64,000 bases of DNA from Acidimicrobiia bacterium (GTDB lineage: Bacteria > Actinomycetota > Acidimicrobiia > Acidimicrobiales > JANYDT01): positions 3,055 to 67,054 of the forward strand of contig JANNBN010000057.1 of assembly GCA_031385545.1 (NCBI GenBank), read 5' to 3'. A model generated the notes under the pieces. The model ran no database searches. It worked only from the letters and a program-made list of their open reading frames with translations, and was not told the DNA's origin. The first letter of the stretch is position 1; every line of letters starts with the position of its first letter. Positions 17,482-27,175 of this stretch are shown piece after piece. A program made the translations under genes and the position numbers.

Positions 17482-19257
17482 GTGATGCGCCATCGTCGAA
17501 CGTCCCGCCTTGCCCGGCGCGCTACTGCCAGCGTGTTCGTTGCCGCTCTTGTGTTTGTTCCGCGCGCCACGGCACTGATCCCTCCGGAGCTCTCGACCAC
17601 CATCCCCCCGGTGTCCGTGGGGACCACGTTATCGACCACGTCCACCGGCTCAACGATCATTGCGTCTCCGATCCCTTCCGTCGTCCCAGCCGTGGTGCCA
17701 ATCGAAGCGGGGACGGTTCGTCCGGCAGCGCCTGATTCGTCGAGCACCATCGCAGTATCGACCATTCCCGCCGATGGCAGTTCATCGCTCGCCACGTCGT
17801 CCACGGTTCCGCCGGATCTCTCGATCTCGCCGATTCCGACCGTTCCGGGGGAAGACCTCCCTGATGCGTTCATCGTCCCGGGAGTCGACCCCACGACCGA
17901 CGCAAACTTCGATGATGCACTTCCCGAAGAAGTACCGCTCACGGGGGCGACAGCATCAACCTATGGTGCTCCTTTCAACGGAACATCGTTCGCTGCAGAA
18001 CTGGCCAAGCTCACCGCCGGCGAACGCCGGCGAGTGCTTGACATCCAGGCCAGGCTTGCCGCCGCAACTCAGCGAGTTGGTGCTGCGAAGGATTCACTCG
18101 AGGACCTCACGAACTCCGGCCGTCAGAGCCGCGACGATCTGGCGAAGCTTCACGCATTGCGAGACCGGTTGGCGGTTTCCATGCGACAGCGTGCATTACG
18201 TCAGTACACCGGCGAATCTGCTCGTTACCTGAGGCTTATCCTCGAAGCGAAGGACCTCAACGTCCTGCGTCGTCGGACAGACCTCATCTCGCAGGCGCAG
18301 CGGCGTGACGCAGCCCTCGTGCAGACATACCGGCAGTCAGCCCGGTCACTCGAAGAAGAGACGGCGCACTACAACGCCATCAGGGACGCGCGTCAGTTCG
18401 AGATCGACCAGCTGGTTGCTGATGAGGCCGCACTGAAGAAGGACTTCGATTCCCTGAGTTCCCTCCTGGGTGCATTGGACGCACCGGTTGCCTTCGAGGG
18501 CTTTGTGTTCCCGGTGCAGCCGCCATATGCGTACATCGATACATACGGGGCTGACCGGATGAACGGCTCCCCGTTCCAGCACAAGCACCAGGGAGTCGAC
18601 ATCTTTGCCCGGGAGGGCACACCGGTGATCGCAACGAAACGTGGTGTCGTCTACAGCATCGGTGTGGCCCGCCTCGGTGGCAATAGGGTGTGGCTCAAAG
18701 ACGTCGACGGTACCTGCTATTACTATGCACACTTAATATCATTCGCGAGCGGGCTGTATGAGAACAAGATCGTCGAGTCCGGCGAGGTCCTCGGGTTTGT
18801 CGGAACGACCGGTAATGCCGTCGGCACGCCACCCCACCTGCACTACGAAATCCATCCGCAGTGCACCGGTCCCACCAACCCCACGCCGATTCTGAAGGCG
18901 GTGGAGAACAGCAATCTCGAGCAGTACGTGGCTGCAGTTCGTCCTGTCTTCGGTGGCGGCCAACTTCCTACCGGTGCAGCGCCAGTTGTAACAACCGTGC
19001 CTGGCGCCGCCACCGTGCCGGGTGCAACGGTTGCGTCCACTCAACCCGGGCAGGGCGTCCCCCCGCCGCTAGTCGGCAACGCGCCTGGGGGAAGTACCAA
19101 AATCGTGCCCACTTCGGCTGTGGCGCGGCCGGCACCAACAGCGGTGCCGCTGCCGGTTCCGCGTGCCAACAAGGTCACCATTCCGCCTCCGACGACTGCA
19201 CCCCCGCCGACCAAGCCTGCCTCCACAGGGCCCACGTCGACGAAGCCGACGGCCTGA
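17482..19257 (+). CDS. Secreted M23-family metallopeptidase with coiled-coil and Pro-rich tail
   Basis: 591 aa. It has a signal-like N-terminus and a coiled-coil region. The M23 motifs are HQGVDIFA, GTPV.A and PHLHYEIHP. Confidence 0.85.
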   Translation: MMRHRRTSRLARRATASVFVAALVFVPRATALIPPELSTTIPPVSVGTTLSTTSTGSTIIASPIPSVVPAVVPIEAGTVRPAAPDSSSTIAVSTIPADGSSSLATSSTVPPDLSISPIPTVPGEDLPDAFIVPGVDPTTDANFDDALPEEVPLTGATASTYGAPFNGTSFAAELAKLTAGERRRVLDIQARLAAATQRVGAAKDSLEDLTNSGRQSRDDLAKLHALRDRLAVSMRQRALRQYTGESARYLRLILEAKDLNVLRRRTDLISQAQRRDAALVQTYRQSARSLEEETAHYNAIRDARQFEIDQLVADEAALKKDFDSLSSLLGALDAPVAFEGFVFPVQPPYAYIDTYGADRMNGSPFQHKHQGVDIFAREGTPVIATKRGVVYSIGVARLGGNRVWLKDVDGTCYYYAHLISFASGLYENKIVESGEVLGFVGTTGNAVGTPPHLHYEIHPQCTGPTNPTPILKAVENSNLEQYVAAVRPVFGGGQLPTGAAPVVTTVPGAATVPGATVASTQPGQGVPPPLVGNAPGGSTKIVPTSAVARPAPTAVPLPVPRANKVTIPPPTTAPPPTKPASTGPTSTKPTA

Positions 19258-19366
19258 AGGCAAGCGGGCAGCTCGACCGGAGTCGAGGTCTGGCGAACTT
19301 CGGACTGCCGTGAGACCCATCGATCCGGACGGTCGCGGCGGGGTGCGCTGGTAGCGTGTCACCCCC

Positions 19367-20635
19367 GTGGCCCTCATCGTCCAGAAGTTCGGTGGAAGCA
19401 GCGTCGCTGACCCAGAACGTATCCGTTCCGTCGCCGACCATGTCGCCCGCACCGTCAAGCGGGGAAATCAGGTCGTGGTTGTCGTGTCAGCCATGGGCAA
19501 GACCACCGACGACCTCATCCGCCTGTCGAACGCTGTCCTCACCAGTCAGAGCGGGCCGGTCGAGAAAGCCACGCAGAAGGGCGACGTGCCCGTCAAAGGC
19601 GACTCGAGGGAGATGGACATGCTCCTCTCCACCGGTGAACGGGTGTCGGCGGCGCTCGTCGCCATGGCCATCGAAGATCTCGGCGTCCGTTCCGCCAGTT
19701 TCACGGGAAGCCAGGTCGGCATCGTCACCGATACGCAGCACGGCCGGGCGAAGATCATCGAGGTCAAAGGCGATCGTCTCCGCCAGGCACTTGCCGCGGG
19801 CGTCGTGCCAGTCGTTGCCGGGTTTCAGGGCGTTTCCACCGCACACGACGTCACCACGCTGGGGCGCGGTGGTTCCGATACCACTGCGGTGGCGCTCGGC
19901 GCGGCCCTCGGCGCAGACTCCTGCGAGATCTATACCGATGTCACCGGCGTTTTCACCGCAGACCCACGGGTGGCGCCGAGGGCTCATCGCATGAAGCAGG
20001 TCAGCTTCGAAGAAATGCTGGAGATGGCTGGTTCGGGTTCTGGCGTTGTGGCCCTGCGCGCCGTGGAGTTCGCCAGCCGTCACAAGGTACCGCTGCACGT
20101 GCGTTCGAGCTTCACCTGGGAGCCCGGCACCATCATCACCGAGGAGGATCCGTCCATGGAACAGGCTGTTGTCACCGGCATCACACACGACACGTCCGAG
20201 GCCAAGGTCACGGTCACCGATACACCTGACCGTCCGGGTGTTGCGGCGCAACTGTTCAGGGCGTTGGCCGATGCTCGGGTCAACGTCGACATGATCGTGC
20301 AGAACGTTGGCCACGATGCCAAGACCGACATCAGTTTCACGGTGCCGAAGGCGGATCTCAATACCGCCATCGATGTCTGCGAACGGATCGCCTTTGACCT
20401 TGGGGCCGGTACGGTCGACGCTGACCGCGAGGTTGCACGGGTATCAATCGTCGGAGCCGGTATGCGCACCAACCCTGGTGTGTCAGCCACGATGTTCGAG
20501 ACTCTGGCTACTGCCGGGGTGAACATCGAGATGATCTCCACGTCGACAATCCGTCTGTCGTGTGTCGTCCGCGCCGATCAGGTCGAAACCGCTGTGCAGG
20601 CGCTTCACACCGCGTTCGAACTCGACGCGGACTAA
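19367..20635 (+). CDS. lysC: Aspartate kinase (alpha subunit reading frame)
   Basis: 422 aa. [34 protein letters not shown] and C-terminal ACT domains. GTG start. Confidence 0.93.
   Translation: MALIVQKFGGSSVADPERIRSVADHVARTVKRGNQVVVVVSAMGKTTDDLIRLSNAVLTSQSGPVEKATQKGDVPVKGDSREMDMLLSTGERVSAALVAMAIEDLGVRSASFTGSQVGIVTDTQHGRAKIIEVKGDRLRQALAAGVVPVVAGFQGVSTAHDVTTLGRGGSDTTAVALGAALGADSCEIYTDVTGVFTADPRVAPRAHRMKQVSFEEMLEMAGSGSGVVALRAVEFASRHKVPLHVRSSFTWEPGTIITEEDPSMEQAVVTGITHDTSEAKVTVTDTPDRPGVAAQLFRALADARVNVDMIVQNVGHDAKTDISFTVPKADLNTAIDVCERIAFDLGAGTVDADREVARVSIVGAGMRTNPGVSATMFETLATAGVNIEMISTSTIRLSCVVRADQVETAVQALHTAFELDAD
20156..20635 (+). CDS. lysC: Probable in-frame internal start for the aspartate kinase beta subunit
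   Basis: GAGGAGGA at 20141-20148 lies 7 nt upstream of the in-frame ATG at 20156 ([12 protein letters not shown]...), just before the ACT domains. This matches the alpha/beta arrangement known from Corynebacterium and Mycobacterium lysC. Confidence 0.5.
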   Translation: MEQAVVTGITHDTSEAKVTVTDTPDRPGVAAQLFRALADARVNVDMIVQNVGHDAKTDISFTVPKADLNTAIDVCERIAFDLGAGTVDADREVARVSIVGAGMRTNPGVSATMFETLATAGVNIEMISTSTIRLSCVVRADQVETAVQALHTAFELDAD

Positions 20636-20662
20636 AGCCCGACTCGGTGCGCACGAGGGTGA

Positions 20663-22359
<1,697 letters not shown>

Positions 22360-22361
<2 letters not shown>

Positions 22362-22401
22362 CCTGCGTCAACCCTGTCTCACCCTGTCTCACCCTGCGTC
22401 A
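22360..22401. repeat. Four tandem 10/11-bp repeats (A-B-B-A) spanning the junction of two LuxR genes
   Basis: ACCCTGCGTCA (22360-22370), ACCCTGTCTC (22371-22380), ACCCTGTCTC (22381-22390) and ACCCTGCGTCA (22391-22401). The array covers the 27-nt gap between the stop at 22389-22391 and the GTG start at 22359-22361. Confidence 0.85.
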
Positions 22402-25400
22402 GCGTGAGCGACCCGAGTGGCGGACCGGACTGCCAGTTCGGCCCGGCTGCTGATCCCGAGCTTCTCGTATACATGAACCAGGTGGGTCTTCACCGTGGCC
22501 CGCGAGACGAACAGCCGGTCGGCGATCTGCGGGTTGGTCAGGCCAGCCTCGACCAGTTCGACCACCTGCACCTCCATCGGCGTGAGGCTGTCCCATCCGA
22601 AGCTCGCCCGTCCGCGTTCGCCACGCATCCGCTGGGCCAGTTCGATTGCAGTGACGAGCGACATCGTGAGCCCCTCGACCCAGCCGACGGTTGGTCTTGC
22701 GACGATATGGGCCGCGTCGACGTACGTCCTGCGATGCGCGAACCGGAATCGATACTCCATTCGGTCGCGTTCGGCGTGTGCGGCACCGAGCAGCCGAGCA
22801 CCATCGACGACACGATGGTTTTCGATCAAGAGCACCCCGATGGCTTCGAGGGCATCAACAGCGGCTGTCCACAGCCCGTATTCCGCTGCCGAGGCCAACG
22901 AACGGTGTGCCTGGTCGAACCCCGAGCGGATGTCGGTGGCCATCGCACATTCGGCGAGGACAAGGTGGCCAACGGCTTCGAATGCGGGTGTACGCAGATG
23001 GGGCCAATCGTTCAACAGGGCCGTTGCCGATGCATGTGCTGCGGCTCTGTCGCCCAGGGCAAGGTGCACGCGTGATAGCCAGAGATGCGCGTAAGCCCGG
23101 TAGATCTTTGCGGGCGACTTGGCGGTGACCAGCAAACTCTTCACTGCTGACCTGTCGTCGTTCAAGCTCAGCGACGAGAAGGCTTCGAAGAAGTGCACTG
23201 TGTCGGTGAACATGCCGATTGACCTGCCGCGCAGCTGCTGCCAGATCTGGGAACTGTTCAGCGCGCTTCGTTCTCGGGCGAGCGAGATCTGTGCTTCGAC
23301 AAAGCCAACCTCGGCGATCTCGGCGACTGGGTTATTGAGGTCGGCGTCGACGCTGGCCGATGCCTGGGCCGTGAGACGGCTAGCCAGATCGAGCTGACCA
23401 CGCCACAATGCGCATGTCGCTTCGACCAGCAGAACTCGATGGTTGACGAAGCTCTCCAGGTTTGACTCCGCTTCATCCAGTAATCCGAATTCTGCACAGA
23501 CACTGGCCGGAACGTATGAGCAATTCGTGAACGTGAACCAGTCGTTGGTTGCAGCGGATCGGGTGCGAAGTTCGGCGTACCGCTGCAACAGCATCGGAGT
23601 TGGCCCGTGCTCCCCGACCTCGCCATGGCTCATCGAGCCGGAGAGACGGGTTCGGACGCGGCTGTCGAGGAAGGCACCGGACCCGGAGACCGTTTCTGCA
23701 AGTTCGGACCCTTCTTTGAGGCTGGCGTTGTAGATCACCCCCGCCATCCACATGGCAGCGTCGCCCCACTCGACCGTCGTGCGGTCACCGGCCTGAATCG
23801 CCGCTAACCCGTAGCGAACTGCTTCGTCGTAGGAACCGCTGATCAGCCAGTAATAGCCAAGGCCAGCTGACAACCGCAAGGAAACTGGCCCCCCGGCCGG
23901 AACCCAGTTGAACGCGGCGTAGCAGTTGCCGATTTCGTTCCCGATGGTCTGCACCCATGCAGGGGTTTGGTTGATGAATTGCTGCGCGTCCTGCGCATGC
24001 GCTGCCCGGTCCAACATGCCCAGCCAATCGGCGAACCATGTTGCGTGCGCGTCGCACGCAGTGGGTCCTTCGTCGAAGTCGTCGAGTCGCTCCAACGCGA
24101 ACGACCTGATGGTTTCCAGCATCAGGAATCGGTCGTGCTCGTCGTCGAGCACCAGCAAACTCTTGTCGACCAGCCGGCGTATCGCCTCTGCGACCTCGTA
24201 CGGGTCGACGTCTGCGAACGCTTCCATGAGGGCCTGGGCTGCATCCAGCGTGAACCCGCCAACGAAAACGCCCAGACGACGGAAGACGATCTGATCGACA
24301 TCGTCGAGTAACGCCTCGCTCCACGCAATGCAGGACCGCAGTGTTTCGTGGCGTCCGCCGGTTCCACCGACGACCGGGGGGAGAGATTGCAGCTGGTGTA
24401 TCAACTCGGCCGCGATGCGATCGGGCGGCATGGACCGCACCCGAGCTGCGGCCAATTCGATCGCCAATGGAAGCCCGTCGAGGCGAGCGCAGATTGCCGC
24501 AACGTGCGCAGCATTGGCGGCAGTGATCGTGAAGCCGCGGCGTACGCGAGCTGCGCGTTCGAGGAACAGTTGAACCGACTCGAACTGGCACAGTGAATCG
24601 ATGTCGCGGTGCAGTCCTGCACGTGGTGCCGAAAGCGGGGGCACTCGCCAGACCAGTTCGCCTGGCACGTCGAGGGGCTCGCGGCTGGTACACAGAATCC
24701 GGACTCCGTTTGATGCGTCGAGGGTGCGTCGGACGATGTCCGAAACGGATGCCAAGAGGTGCTCGGCGTTATCGAGGACGAGCACTGTGTCTGTTCGATC
24801 CGCCAACGCGAGAACGATGTGATCAGCGAGATCGCTCTGTTCGATCTCGATGATGCCAAGAGCTGCCGACAACGCGTTCAGCACGCCAGGACCGTCTGTC
24901 CGCCGAGCCAGTTCCACCCACCTGATGTCCAGCGCGGTCGTATTCGCAAGGCGATGAATGACTTCTTGGACCAACCGGGTCTTGCCGCAGCCCCCAGGCC
25001 CGGTGACGGTAATCAACCGCTCAACCGGAATCAACTGCAGCAGCTCACGTGTCTCGGCCTCACGGCCGATGAACGGGGTGAGCGGAACCGGTGCCGAGGT
25101 CACGCGGCGACGGGGTTTGTCGGACCCCAGTGTCGAGGTGATCTGAACAATTCGGCCTGGAACGCCGCGTGCGTGCTCGATGAGCGAAAGCTCTGCTTCG
25201 GACGGGTCACGGCCCAAGCTGGCCGCTGCGAGTTCCAACGCGTCCTTGGGCTCCAGCGGTCGCAGGAGGAGGGTCGGAGACCCCGCGGCTTCGGCGGCGC
25301 GCCGGAGTGATACCACCCGCTCTCGGGTGCTAAAAGCCAGCGCCATCACGACGAGGTGCGCAGATGCGTCCGCAGGTCGAGTGATGAGTTCATGCAGGCG

Positions 25401-25745
25401 AACGAGGCTCTCGTCGTCCAAGTCGTCGGCGTTGTCCGCGAACACCACCGTCGGGTTGCCACGAAGACCCACCGAGTTGTCCGCGGAAGGTCCGGTCAGG
25501 GATGCGCAGGTGTCGGCCAGACGCTGGGCGAAAAGATGAACCGGGTCGGACTCGACAGCCGTCCAACCCATGGCTGTGGCAGCGGAGGCCATTTCCGAAA
25601 GAAGCCGTGAGGACCCAAGCCCTCGCTCAGCCTCGATCACCATGACTTCGGGTAAGCCTGTCTCGGCCCGGGACAGGGCGGCGATGAACTGGCGCAGTTC
25701 GGGTGCACGTCCCAGCAAACGGCTCGAACTCGATCGGGGCAACAT
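22389..25745 (-). CDS. Large STAND/LAL-type LuxR-family regulator (AAA_16-like, NB-ARC-like P-loop, TPR-like repeats, LuxR HTH)
   Basis: 1118 aa. The N-terminal LLGRAPELRQF...IEAERGLGSSRLL is a degenerate P-loop. A second module, FIGREAETRELL...VTGPGGCGKTRLVQEV, has an intact Walker A. The C-terminal LTPMEVQVVELVEAGLTNPQIADRLFVSRATVKTHLVHVYEKLG is the LuxR HTH. Confidence 0.85.
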   Translation of the reverse strand: MLPRSSSSRLLGRAPELRQFIAALSRAETGLPEVMVIEAERGLGSSRLLSEMASAATAMGWTAVESDPVHLFAQRLADTCASLTGPSADNSVGLRGNPTVVFADNADDLDDESLVRLHELITRPADASAHLVVMALAFSTRERVVSLRRAAEAAGSPTLLLRPLEPKDALELAAASLGRDPSEAELSLIEHARGVPGRIVQITSTLGSDKPRRRVTSAPVPLTPFIGREAETRELLQLIPVERLITVTGPGGCGKTRLVQEVIHRLANTTALDIRWVELARRTDGPGVLNALSAALGIIEIEQSDLADHIVLALADRTDTVLVLDNAEHLLASVSDIVRRTLDASNGVRILCTSREPLDVPGELVWRVPPLSAPRAGLHRDIDSLCQFESVQLFLERAARVRRGFTITAANAAHVAAICARLDGLPLAIELAAARVRSMPPDRIAAELIHQLQSLPPVVGGTGGRHETLRSCIAWSEALLDDVDQIVFRRLGVFVGGFTLDAAQALMEAFADVDPYEVAEAIRRLVDKSLLVLDDEHDRFLMLETIRSFALERLDDFDEGPTACDAHATWFADWLGMLDRAAHAQDAQQFINQTPAWVQTIGNEIGNCYAAFNWVPAGGPVSLRLSAGLGYYWLISGSYDEAVRYGLAAIQAGDRTTVEWGDAAMWMAGVIYNASLKEGSELAETVSGSGAFLDSRVRTRLSGSMSHGEVGEHGPTPMLLQRYAELRTRSAATNDWFTFTNCSYVPASVCAEFGLLDEAESNLESFVNHRVLLVEATCALWRGQLDLASRLTAQASASVDADLNNPVAEIAEVGFVEAQISLARERSALNSSQIWQQLRGRSIGMFTDTVHFFEAFSSLSLNDDRSAVKSLLVTAKSPAKIYRAYAHLWLSRVHLALGDRAAAHASATALLNDWPHLRTPAFEAVGHLVLAECAMATDIRSGFDQAHRSLASAAEYGLWTAAVDALEAIGVLLIENHRVVDGARLLGAAHAERDRMEYRFRFAHRRTYVDAAHIVARPTVGWVEGLTMSLVTAIELAQRMRGERGRASFGWDSLTPMEVQVVELVEAGLTNPQIADRLFVSRATVKTHLVHVYEKLGISSRAELAVRSATRVAHADAG

Positions 25746-25890
25746 GACGATCGATCACCTTACGGCGAGCACCGCATTGCCACCACTCGCCGCAGTGAAT
25801 TCGATCGGGTTTTGCGAGCCGCTACCATCGGGAACGCCGTTGGTCGGTGTTGTGTCTGTCTGCAGCATCGGGCGAAAAGGCAAGCATCAC

Positions 25891-25964
25891 CGGGATGTAG
25901 CGCAGCTTGGTAGCGCGCCACGTTCGGGACGTGGAGGCCGGGGGTTCAAGTCCCCCCATCCCGA
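25891..25964 (+). tRNA. tRNA-Pro (anticodon CGG)
   Basis: Hand-folded cloverleaf of 74 nt. Acceptor is CGGGATG/CATCCCG plus discriminator A. D-arm is GCGC/GCGC. Anticodon stem is CCACG/CGTGG with loop TTCGGGA. T-arm is GGGGG-TTCAAGT-CCCCC. CCA is not encoded. Confidence 0.9.
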
Positions 25965-25980
25965 CAAACCCGAAAACGCA

Positions 25981-26007
25981 GAAGGACCCGCTTGTTGCGG
26001 GTCCTTC
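25981..26007. terminator. Strong hairpin between tRNA-Pro and the convergent minus-strand gene
   Basis: GAAGGACCCGC-TTGTT-GCGGGTCCTTC, an 11-bp perfect stem. On the minus strand it is followed by TGCGTTTTCGGGTTT, so it is the likely terminator of the 26062-26967 gene. Confidence 0.6.
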
Positions 26008-26061
26008 TCGACTGCTCGACTGCTCGGGTTCTCGACTTCGGACAACCGAGCCGGTGGTTCG

Positions 26062-26967
26062 TTACTTGTCAGACTTACCCTTGGTGCGGGCGGCCTTTGC
26101 GGCCTCGTGTTCGGCCTTCTTCTCAGCCTTCTCGGCTTCGTGTTCGGCCTTCTTCTCAGCCTTCTCGGACTTGGCCTGCGTTCCGAGCGCCTGTGCGGTC
26201 TGCTTCAGGAGGTCGGCGGCCTTGTCGAAGCTGGCATCGGCGAGCTTGATCTGCGCCTTGGCAGCGTCGACAGCGGCCGCGTTGGCTGTCTTGGTGGCCT
26301 CGTTGCCCTGATCCGGTGCCAGCCCGGTGAGGGATCCACTCGCTGCTGCTGCCGTTGCCTTACCTGTCGCGATGACCGGGGCGACCTGGGCAAGAAGTGC
26401 CTCGGCCGCAGCAGTGTTGACACCCTTTGCCTTGGCGGCTGCGATCTTGGTGGTCAGCTCAGCGATGGATGTCGTCTGTTTGGTGCCCCGAGCCCACTGC
26501 TTGTCGCAGGCGAGCGAGACGTGAACAACCGGTGAAACGACCAGATACACACGCTGGTGAGTGAAGATCTGCTGGTAGAGGGGCTTGGCAATCTCTGGGG
26601 TGGCCGCCGCTGCAATCGATGTTCCGAGGACGGTCAATCCTGCCTGGGTCAATCCGATGCGTGACAGCGACGAGGCGTTCTGGCCGCAGTCGGTCGTCTG
26701 TGACGAGACCTTTGCCGACCATGAGCCCAGGTCGCGCTGGCGCTTGGCGATCGCCTCTGCTGCCCGTGCTTTGATGGCTGCCAGGTTGTCCGGGGCTGTC
26801 TGGGTCTTCTTCTCCTGCTGAGCGTCGGAGGAGTTGAGCGCCGCCTCCAGCCCCGGGGTTGCTTGCTCGGTCTTCGCAGACTTGGACGAGTCCGAGTCAG
26901 CGAAGGCGGCAGCCGGTGTGAGCGCAAGGAGCGAAGCGGTCAGGACGAAGGTTGTGAGCTTGTTCAT
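26062..26967 (-). CDS. Secreted hypothetical protein with Ala/Lys/Glu-rich repeat tail
   Basis: The start was taken at MNKLTTFVLTASLLALTPAAAFA (signal peptide) inside ORF 26062-27030. The C-terminus is KSEKAEKKAEHEAEKAEKKAEHEAAKAA. No family was recognised. Confidence 0.65.
   Translation of the reverse strand: MNKLTTFVLTASLLALTPAAAFADSDSSKSAKTEQATPGLEAALNSSDAQQEKKTQTAPDNLAAIKARAAEAIAKRQRDLGSWSAKVSSQTTDCGQNASSLSRIGLTQAGLTVLGTSIAAAATPEIAKPLYQQIFTHQRVYLVVSPVVHVSLACDKQWARGTKQTTSIAELTTKIAAAKAKGVNTAAAEALLAQVAPVIATGKATAAAASGSLTGLAPDQGNEATKTANAAAVDAAKAQIKLADASFDKAADLLKQTAQALGTQAKSEKAEKKAEHEAEKAEKKAEHEAAKAARTKGKSDK
26106..26171 (-). repeat. 2 x 33-bp tandem repeat in the CDS
   Basis: CGTGTTCGGCCTTCTTCTCAGCCTTCTCGGCTT is repeated with a 2-nt difference. 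It encodes AEKKAEHEAEK x2. Confidence 0.85.
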
Positions 26968-27175
26968 GAGGCCACTCTGCGAGGCCGCTATGAGCTGCTC
27001 AGGCGGGGGTTGTGAGGAGTTTGTGTGCAATTGAACGGAAGATTCGGTTCGCTCTCCTCACGGTGGGTGAGCGGTTCATCAAGGTTGAGTAGACGCACGA
27101 AACCCGGCCCGAGTTCTCGGTCGGAGTTCGTGTTGAAACGATTCCCAGCGGCTCGACCGCGACTGAACGGTTGAA

